Under the pieces are notes generated by a model. The model worked only from the letters and a program-made list of their open reading frames with translations, was not told the DNA's origin and did no database searches. Positions 7,513-13,836 of a stretch of DNA of 15,036 nucleotides are shown in pieces. The first letter of the stretch is position 1. Every line of letters begins with the position of its first letter. The translations under genes were made by a program, and so were the position numbers. The stretch is from Candidatus Altiarchaeota archaeon (lineage in GTDB: Archaea; Altiarchaeota; Altiarchaeia; IMC4; SCGC-AAA252-I15): positions 1 through 15,036 of the forward strand of contig JAZDIN010000064.1 of the NCBI GenBank assembly GCA_043804895.1, read 5' to 3'.

Positions 7513-8444
7513 CAGACACCAATCCTAGTCTTATATGCGATGTAGCCTTCAGACTCTATTGCTGAAGCCACCTTATCCTGCAACTTTTTACCGGGAGTCA
7601 AGGCCACCATAAGTCCGCCTCGTCCAGTCCCAGTGAGTTTCGCTCCGTATGCGCCTTCCTGCCGTGCTATGCCGACAAGGAGGTCGAGTTCCTCGCAGCT
7701 TACTGTAATGTCCTGGAGTAGCTTGTGGTTCCTGTCCATCAGTTCCCCTACATTCTTTATGTCTCCGCCTGTGAGAGCCTTCTTCGCTAAGTTGACTATC
7801 TCAGTGTACTCTGAGAATATCTTCTCATACTCCTTCAGGTGAGCCTCCTTATTCTTCTTCACGTCTTCCACGACTTCCTTAGTGCTTGAAGTCAGTCCAG
7901 TGTTCCCGAGGACTATCTCAACAGGGTTCGGCATCCTAAGCCGGTCCATCGTATTACGCCCTCCTTGGAGGCTTTTCACGAACCATATTAGTCCACCGTA
8001 GACGGCTGCAGTGTTGTCTATGCCTGAAGGCTTACCATGGTACCCCCTCTCCCCCTCATAGGCCACCTCGTTTATCCTGGCGTCGTCGTATCCTAAGTTG
8101 AAGTGCTGGTCTAGTGCGCGGGCTATAGCAGCAGCGGAAGCTGCTGATGCGCCGACTCCGGAGGCGGCTATTAGGTCTCCTGCCAATGTCACCTTCACCG
8201 GCGTCTTCTCAACGTCTATCCCGCACGCAGTGAATATTAACTTATTAGACTCCACCTGCTCCGCGTACTTCTCCACCTTGTAGCCGGGCGTGGCAGGCCT
8301 ATCATCGACTAGCTCGTAGGACTTCGAGTTCTCGACGACGGCGGTCGTTTTGCTCCCCAAGGCAGAAGCTATCGCAGGCAGACCGTAGACTACAAAATGT
8401 TCCCCGAACAGTATCGTCTTCCCGAAACCATATCCCTCAGACAT
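7512..8444 (-). CDS. mvk: Mevalonate (5-)kinase, GHMP family
   Basis: GKTILFGEHFVVYG, ASGVGASAA (ATP loop), YHGKPSGIDN and GAKLTGTGRGG. Start ATG 8444 preferred over 8465 because a TATA-like TATATATT lies 23-30 nt upstream. Confidence 0.93.
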   Translation of the reverse strand: MSEGYGFGKTILFGEHFVVYGLPAIASALGSKTTAVVENSKSYELVDDRPATPGYKVEKYAEQVESNKLIFTACGIDVEKTPVKVTLAGDLIAASGVGASAASAAAIARALDQHFNLGYDDARINEVAYEGERGYHGKPSGIDNTAAVYGGLIWFVKSLQGGRNTMDRLRMPNPVEIVLGNTGLTSSTKEVVEDVKKNKEAHLKEYEKIFSEYTEIVNLAKKALTGGDIKNVGELMDRNHKLLQDITVSCEELDLLVGIARQEGAYGAKLTGTGRGGLMVALTPGKKLQDKVASAIESEGYIAYKTRIGV

Positions 8445-8466
8445 GGTATCAGTATCGCATTTCACT

Positions 8467-8596
8467 AATATATAGCGAATGACATAAGTTGTTGAGCTTT
8501 GGCTTGTTGGAACTCAGCCGAATTTCTATGTCATTCGATATATTCGATAGCAAATGTACCTTGTCAAAAGTTCAAATACATTTGTTATCGTCTATA
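8467..8596. other. Intergenic double inverted-repeat element (candidate structured RNA or operator array)
   Basis: CGAATGACATA 8476-8486 / TATGTCATTCG 8527-8537 (perfect 11 bp); CGATAGCAAATGTA 8545-8558 / TACATTTGTTATCG 8577-8590 (13 of 14, one G.U); direct repeat ATTCGATA at 8533 and 8542. Confidence 0.6.
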
Positions 8597-8598
8597 AG

Positions 8599-8838
8599 TC
8601 AGGTGTACTCTTTCAGCTTCCTCTGGTGGGACTTGTGCTTGCATATCCTGCACATGCGGAGGCCTACCTTTTCCGCGGCGTTCCTGGACTTGAAGTATAG
8701 CCTGTTCTCCCTCGTGATGCTCTGCCGGTAATGGCATTCACACCCTATCCTGTGGTACAAGTGGTCCTCAGAATTCCTGCTTGAGACGTACCTACTTCTC
8801 CTAACGATATCCACAAGCTTTGAGAACAGCCCAACCAC
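8599..8838 (-). CDS. Stand-alone Ada-type metal-binding domain protein
   Basis: YVSSRNS...YHRIGC.....I..ENRLYFKSRNAAEKVGLRMCRIC matches the Ada Zn-binding-like pattern (YH.P.C...I...N...F.S..EA...G.RPC..C). GTG start with AGGA upstream. Confidence 0.7.
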   Translation of the reverse strand: MVGLFSKLVDIVRRSRYVSSRNSEDHLYHRIGCECHYRQSITRENRLYFKSRNAAEKVGLRMCRICKHKSHQRKLKEYT

Positions 8839-8860
8839 AGAATCCTATGCGTTCGCTGGC

Positions 8861-9811
8861 TTATAAGGTTTTCGCACCGTCTGCGACCTTGTATCTCTTA
8901 TACCTGAGGTCGTGGTCTTTAAGTTCTCTGGAGACTTCTTTCACCCACTTCTCCAGGGTGAAGACGTACACCTGGCTTCCGCCTGCGACGTTCCAGTACA
9001 CCTGCAGCCCGCGCTCCCTCATGCCTGCGACGAGGTTCACCGCGTCCTTCATCTCCCCCCTAATCACAGACATGCCCATGTCATTGAACATCCCGTGGAC
9101 TGTCTCAGCCTCAGCCTCCATGAGGGCCATGAAACCAAGGAGGTCTTTCCTGTCGACTATGTCCTGCAGCTGTCCGATATGCTTTTTAGACTCATCGCTC
9201 CTCTTCGGGTAGTGTGGGTGTCCGACGACTCTGAGGTGTAGGTCGTCTGCGCTCAACCTCTTGATAGTGAAAGGTATCGCGTATACTATCAGGTCGCGGA
9301 AGAAGGATGCCCTCGCAAGTTGCGTCACCTTCATCTTCCCCTCCCGGTCTATGGTGCACTGGCTTAATCCGCCCACGAGGCTCCTGTATGCGGTCTCGCT
9401 CACCCCCCTGCTAAGCTCAATCATCCTCTCCATCGGAAGGCCCAGCCCAAGCAGTTCATCAACTGCCGTGACAAGTGCCGCGGCTCCGGAGTCGCTTGAG
9501 CCTGTGAGTATGTTATGGTTTAATGAGTCCACCTTAATTCCCGTATACTCCACAGCCTCTGATTGCATCTTCCGTATCATATCTAAGGCGCCCTTCACCC
9601 TCGGGCCGTGCGGTGAAGCTCCATCAAGAGTAAACTCTATCCCAGAATCCGTCGCATAGGCTTTGGTTTCCGTCCTCACCTTCTCGAACTCGTCAGTTAT
9701 GGCGAGGCTCGCATGGCTGTGCCCTGAAATCCTCCTCCTATACTCCCTGAAACCTTCGGCGAAGACGACCGGCAGCCCCGGATAGGCCACTGCGTGCGAA
9801 CTGGATTTCAC
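8861..9811 (-). CDS. GHMP-family diphosphomevalonate-decarboxylase homolog of the mevalonate 3-kinase (Thermoplasma Ta1305-like) type
   Basis: AYPGLPVV, VRTETKAYA, SLNHNILTGSSDSGAA, RGVSETAYRSLVGGL, GMSVIRGEM and VAGGSQVYV parallel Ta1305 motifs as I recall them (AYPTIGVV, IRSETRIYA, SQNFGILSGSSDAGAA, RAVSESAGRSLFGGL, GVNVIRENM, VTGGSNVYV). It lacks the KYWG and DAGPN motifs of true decarboxylases. Start GTG 9811 preferred (track 9829). Confidence 0.78.
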   Translation of the reverse strand: MKSSSHAVAYPGLPVVFAEGFREYRRRISGHSHASLAITDEFEKVRTETKAYATDSGIEFTLDGASPHGPRVKGALDMIRKMQSEAVEYTGIKVDSLNHNILTGSSDSGAAALVTAVDELLGLGLPMERMIELSRGVSETAYRSLVGGLSQCTIDREGKMKVTQLARASFFRDLIVYAIPFTIKRLSADDLHLRVVGHPHYPKRSDESKKHIGQLQDIVDRKDLLGFMALMEAEAETVHGMFNDMGMSVIRGEMKDAVNLVAGMRERGLQVYWNVAGGSQVYVFTLEKWVKEVSRELKDHDLRYKRYKVADGAKTL

Positions 9812-9813
9812 AT

Positions 9814-9840
9814 GATATATTAGATGCACTACAATATATC
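9814..9840. promoter_or_regulatory. Symmetric bidirectional TATA-box pair
   Basis: GATATATT 9814-9821 and its exact reverse complement AATATATC 9833-9840; each lies about 22-30 nt upstream of one of the two divergent start codons (9845 + and 9811 -). Confidence 0.6.
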
Positions 9841-9844
9841 CCCC

Positions 9845-10504
9845 ATGCCAGCTGTTATCTTCGACTTAGACGGCACCCTCGTAGACCTGTTCGACGTCCA
9901 CTTACATGCCTTCCAAGAAATCGTGGAAAGGGAATGTGGGATGAGGTTCGAGAAATCAGACCTTGAACCCCACTATGGCAAATCAGGAGAGGAGATACTG
10001 AAAATCTATTTCGAAAAGCAAGGCTTAAAGGATGCTGACTGGAAAGACCTCGCTGAAAAAAGAAGGACGCTGGCGATAGCTAACCTAAAAAGTTGCGCCC
10101 TACTCTCCGGGGCAGAAAAACTTCTCAAAGCGGTGAAGAAATCAGGCATGAAGACAGCGCTCGGGACCTCAAACCCTCGTCAGATAGGGGAGGCGATACT
10201 CAACGCCTGTGGCCTTTCCGGCTTCTTTGACTTTAAGGCTTACCGTGACAGCGGACTTGCCGGCAAACCCGCGCCTGACATCTTCCTCCACGTCGCAAAG
10301 GAGATGGGGGTCGACCCCAAAGAATGCGTAGTAATTGAGGACTCCGTGTTCGGAGTATCCGCTGCCAAAGCGGCTGGGATGAAGTGCATCGCAGTCGCTA
10401 CTGGAACGCACACGATCGATGAGCTTAGGGGGCAGAAACCTGACCTCCTAGTCGCAACGCTCGAGGAAGTTGATTTAAAATCGATAAAAACACTATTAAC
10501 CTAA
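9845..10504 (+). CDS. HAD-superfamily phosphatase (beta-PGM/CbbY-like, subfamily IA)
   Basis: Motif I IFDLDGTL, motif II GTSN, GKPAPDIF and motif IV VIEDSVFGVSAAKAAGM. Start ATG 9845. Confidence 0.92.
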   Translation: MPAVIFDLDGTLVDLFDVHLHAFQEIVERECGMRFEKSDLEPHYGKSGEEILKIYFEKQGLKDADWKDLAEKRRTLAIANLKSCALLSGAEKLLKAVKKSGMKTALGTSNPRQIGEAILNACGLSGFFDFKAYRDSGLAGKPAPDIFLHVAKEMGVDPKECVVIEDSVFGVSAAKAAGMKCIAVATGTHTIDELRGQKPDLLVATLEEVDLKSIKTLLT

Positions 10505-10506
10505 AA

Positions 10507-10911
10507 ATGCGTTTTGAGATTTCGTTACTGTTGGTGATGCTAGTCTGTGGTTGCATCGAGAGCATGGCGCCATCAACCGCTAAATCCAATGACACCACAG
10601 TCGATGCGCTCTTCACCGAACTTTTGAACCCGGCTACAACCTCATCCCTCCCCCAGGGCGAGACGACAACAAGCACGATAGCGACAACGACTACATCGAC
10701 AGTGAGAACCACCTCAACTACCACGTCAACGGCCTCGACGACCACCACTATACTCAAGGACATAGAATGTAAGCAGATAGCTAATCCGATGACTCCCGCA
10801 GACTGTAGACGGGGTTACTGTTCAGCACCCGGTGCGGAATGCCGTTACTTCCCCGGAACCCTGGTGTCAGGGCAGGCTAGATGCGTGTGCATGATACCCT
10901 CAAAGGATTAG
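10507..10911 (+). CDS. Exported (lipo)protein with Thr-rich linker and C-terminal 6-Cys domain
   Basis: Signal peptide with LVCGC, a TTTSTIATTTTSTVRTTSTTTSTASTTTT tract, and six Cys in the last ~50 aa. Confidence 0.75.
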   Translation: MRFEISLLLVMLVCGCIESMAPSTAKSNDTTVDALFTELLNPATTSSLPQGETTTSTIATTTTSTVRTTSTTTSTASTTTTILKDIECKQIANPMTPADCRRGYCSAPGAECRYFPGTLVSGQARCVCMIPSKD

Positions 10912-11692
10912 GCTCCAGTTCTCCTATCATAATCGGCTTTAATAGCTTTCAGTAGTTCTCTCTCCGTTATGATGCCTATTAACCTATCCATCCTATCCAG
11001 TACCGGGAACCTCCTGAAACCGTAGAAGTACATTAAGTAGCATGCATGGCTTATCTGGGTGTTTGGCTCCACCTCGACGATGTCGGCTGACATTATCTTA
11101 GACACTGTCGGGTCATCATAGCCCTTATCTCCTGCGATGAGTTCCTCAAGATGTCGCTTTTGGTCACGACCCCGATTATGTTTTTGCCGTCCTTGACTAT
11201 GATGCAACCCATCTTAGAGTCGATCATCATCCTGACAACCTCGGCAGCCTTCGTAGAAGATGGCACTGTCTTTGCTGCCCTGCCCATATAATCAGACACT
11301 TTGCCTTTTGCCGTAGGCGAGTTCATCTCGAATATGAGGTCTTTGACTGTGACGACTCCGACAACTGTCAATCCGTCAACGACTGGCAGGAACCTGAGGC
11401 CGCGTTCTATCATCGTCTCTGCAGCGTTAGCTATTCTCGTATCAGGCGTTATGGTGATGACATCCCTCGTCATCAAGTCGGAGACCTTAGCCCCTTCGAT
11501 TGTGCCCTTCAAGGCTATCCTCTTCAAGATATCCCACTCAGTCAGAACTCCTCTTAATTCCCCCCCCTCAACGATGACAAGGGAGACGATATTCTTCTTC
11601 GTCATAAGGCAGGCAGCGTCGTAGGCTGACGTCGAAGGCGTCGCTGTAACTACGTTAGCTGTCATCACCTCAGTAACCTTATCTCGCAACAT
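10908..11692 (-). pseudogene. Four-CBS-domain protein split by a single-base frameshift near 11141-11150
   Basis: ORF 11093-11707 carries CBS1-3 up to IIGVVTKSDILR. ORF 10908-11207 continues in another frame with ELIAG...VSKIMSADIVEVEP...FRRFPVLD..LIGIITEREL (CBS4). RBS AGGAG precedes ATG 11692. It could equally be a sequencing error. Confidence 0.75.
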
Positions 11693-11783
11693 GGATACTC
11701 TCCTCATGAAAAAATGGATTGGAGGCTTAAATATGTGCGCATTCGACCAGTCTTAAATAGGATTGTGTCGATAGTTATTACTC

Positions 11784-12773
11784 ATGGAGATACAGGATAC
11801 CATCAAGTCGAAGTGCGCTTCTGTCGAGCCATTCCTGCGGAAGTATGCCTATGTCGGGGATGCAGGCATACAGAAGATGATACTCCACCCCATCGAAGCC
11901 GGTGGTAAGAGGATTAGGCCGTGCCTGACCATACTCGCCTGCGAGGCCGTTGGAGGGGACACGAGGAAGGTGTTGCCTGCTGCGGCTGCTGTTGAACTAC
12001 TTCACACGTTCACACTCGTCCACGACGACATAATGGACCACGACTACCAAAGGAGGGGTAGGCCGACAGTCCACGCCATCTGGGGGGAGGAGATGGGAAT
12101 CATCGTCGGCGACACACTATATTCCGGAGCATTCAAAGCCCTGGTTGACGTCAGAGGCAAGGGAGTGTCAGACAAACTTGTCCTAGACGCAGTCAACGTC
12201 CTCGTCAAAGCAAACGGCGAACTGCAGCACGGGCAGATAATGGACATGCTCTTCGAGAAGATGGAGTCCGTAAGCGAGGAAGAGTACATGGATATGATAC
12301 AAAAGAAGACCGGCTCCCTCATTGAAGCCTCTGTGGAAATCGGCGGCATAATCGGCGGCGGAAGCGCGAAGGAACTTAAGGCTTTGACCACGTTCGGCGC
12401 AAACAGCGGAGTCGCCTTCCAGATTAAGGACGACGTCTTGGACCTGACAGCGGACAGGAAGGATTTCGGGAAGCCGATAGGCTCTGACATACGCTCCGGC
12501 AAGAAGACGCTCATCATAGTCCACGCCATGGAACACGCCGGGGAGAGGGACATCAAGTCCATACTCAGGGTACTAGGCCGCGAGGAAGCGTCTGAGAAGG
12601 AAGTCAGCCAGGTAATAGGCAAGCTCAAAGAGCTCGGGTCAATCGACTACGCAGACCAGAAGGTGGCCGACCTAATAGCTGAAGGCAAGAAAGCCCTCAA
12701 CAGGCTGCCAAAAACAGATGCAAGGGAATCACTGAAAGCACTAGCAGACTACCTGGTGAAAAGAAGGACGTGA
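11784..12773 (+). CDS. idsA: Geranylgeranyl diphosphate synthase (short-chain trans-prenyltransferase)
   Basis: GGKRIRP, FARM LHTFTLVHDDIMD...RRG with Phe five residues before the motif (archaeal GGPPS chain-length signature), GQ.MD, KKTG, SARM FQIKDDVLD and GSDIRSGKKT. TATA-like TTAAATA at 11753-11759. Confidence 0.92.
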   Translation: MEIQDTIKSKCASVEPFLRKYAYVGDAGIQKMILHPIEAGGKRIRPCLTILACEAVGGDTRKVLPAAAAVELLHTFTLVHDDIMDHDYQRRGRPTVHAIWGEEMGIIVGDTLYSGAFKALVDVRGKGVSDKLVLDAVNVLVKANGELQHGQIMDMLFEKMESVSEEEYMDMIQKKTGSLIEASVEIGGIIGGGSAKELKALTTFGANSGVAFQIKDDVLDLTADRKDFGKPIGSDIRSGKKTLIIVHAMEHAGERDIKSILRVLGREEASEKEVSQVIGKLKELGSIDYADQKVADLIAEGKKALNRLPKTDARESLKALADYLVKRRT

Positions 12774-12813
12774 ATTTACGCACTATTTAATCCGGTCTTA
12801 CACGATATATTTC

Positions 12814-13419
12814 ATGCGGAAACAGGTTGGTGATACTACGCCCACAGACAAAAACACTGATCCTTTGTTGACCAGGATTCTAACCATTGACGTAACGAAC
12901 CCATTCAACAAACCAAGGGAATCTAAGCAGGACACACTCATTGCCTTGCCAGAGCATATAAAAAAGTTAGCCGATAAATCTGCAGAGACCTTTGTTTCAC
13001 ATTGGGCTGAGCGGAAGGAAAAGGTTCTAATCGTAGAGGATGAAATTGGAGCGTATAGGGCAACCCCTAAAAAAGGTTGGGCGAAGCTTTTTCCGACCTT
13101 TGCAGAAGATTTTAAATTCGGGGTCATGAGTGGGAGGCAGCTTAATGAGTTCCCGACGAAAGTTGTGGCATCTTACCTGTCCCAAGCATACTCCGATGAG
13201 CCTGATATAGTACGGATGTACGATGCTAGTTACTACGATGGCATGGCCAACTCTCTTAAGCTATCTGGTGGGGACGAATTCCTGAATAGCATAAGGGACA
13301 TTACCAAGCTTATAATACTCGAACCTCCCGCCCAAAGGCGGAAGTTAGCCAACTCCGTGCTATCGTGTATGCTAGACCGGGTCAGGGAGCTTCAACCCAT
13401 GAAGCCTGCTGGCGAATAA
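12814..13419 (+). CDS. Hypothetical protein
   Basis: 201-aa ORF with TATA-like TATTTAA at 12784-12790; no family recognised. Confidence 0.6.
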   Translation: MRKQVGDTTPTDKNTDPLLTRILTIDVTNPFNKPRESKQDTLIALPEHIKKLADKSAETFVSHWAERKEKVLIVEDEIGAYRATPKKGWAKLFPTFAEDFKFGVMSGRQLNEFPTKVVASYLSQAYSDEPDIVRMYDASYYDGMANSLKLSGGDEFLNSIRDITKLIILEPPAQRRKLANSVLSCMLDRVRELQPMKPAGE

Positions 13420-13469
13420 ATACTTCGCAAAAGCCCGCGCAGACTACCTCGTGTAAAGAAAGATACGAA

Positions 13470-13790
13470 TCAGTTCAACGCATCCAACACTCTCTTACTA
13501 AGTTCCGGGTCTTTGGTTTCGTAACTCCTCTTTCTGACAATCTCTAACAATCCCTTTCTAGCACTCTCTTTCACATCACCAACCCCATTTAATGTTGCTT
13601 CAACCAGTCCCCTGAGAGCATTATCTCTACTTTTAGGCCCCTGTCTACTGTCTTTAAGCATCCCTAAGCAAGCATCAACATCTTCGACTGTCTTAGGGAT
13701 ATATCCTCTCAGATTTTGCTCATCATATCCTTGATTCGTATCTCCTGTTTTGGTGGCTACATTGCTTTTTATAACTGCCATACTAACCAT
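13470..13790 (-). CDS. Hypothetical helical protein (possible HEAT-like pair)
   Basis: ~106-aa ORF divergent from fni. Amphipathic helices SRDNALRGLVE and VKESARKGLLEIV. Start uncertain (13793, 13790 or 13781). Confidence 0.5.
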   Translation of the reverse strand: MVSMAVIKSNVATKTGDTNQGYDEQNLRGYIPKTVEDVDACLGMLKDSRQGPKSRDNALRGLVEATLNGVGDVKESARKGLLEIVRKRSYETKDPELSKRVLDALN

Positions 13791-13836
13791 CAATCATTTC
13801 TCCTTTAATACTTTAGCCTTCGAATTATCTGATACT

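Noticed and set aside
8467-8596. 5S rRNA, tRNA or CRISPR repeat as the identity of the hairpin element
   Set aside because: Too AT-rich, no conserved 5S or tRNA motifs (no T-loop GTTC cloverleaf), and no repeat-spacer periodicity.
8861-9811. Annotation as diphosphomevalonate or phosphomevalonate decarboxylase (mvaD)
   Set aside because: It lacks NIALIKYWG, GSGSA and the catalytic Asp of DAGPN; the motifs fit the 3-kinase subfamily better.
10660-10752. Tandem DNA repeat in the Thr-rich tract
   Set aside because: Codons vary (ACA/ACG/ACC/ACT) with no exact repeat unit; this is protein-level low complexity only.
11141-11200. Programmed -1 ribosomal frameshift in the CBS gene
   Set aside because: The nearby A-runs (C AAA AAC, ACC AAA AGC) are not canonical slippery heptamers, and slipping there would destroy the conserved GVVTKSDIL motif. 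A simple indel is more likely.
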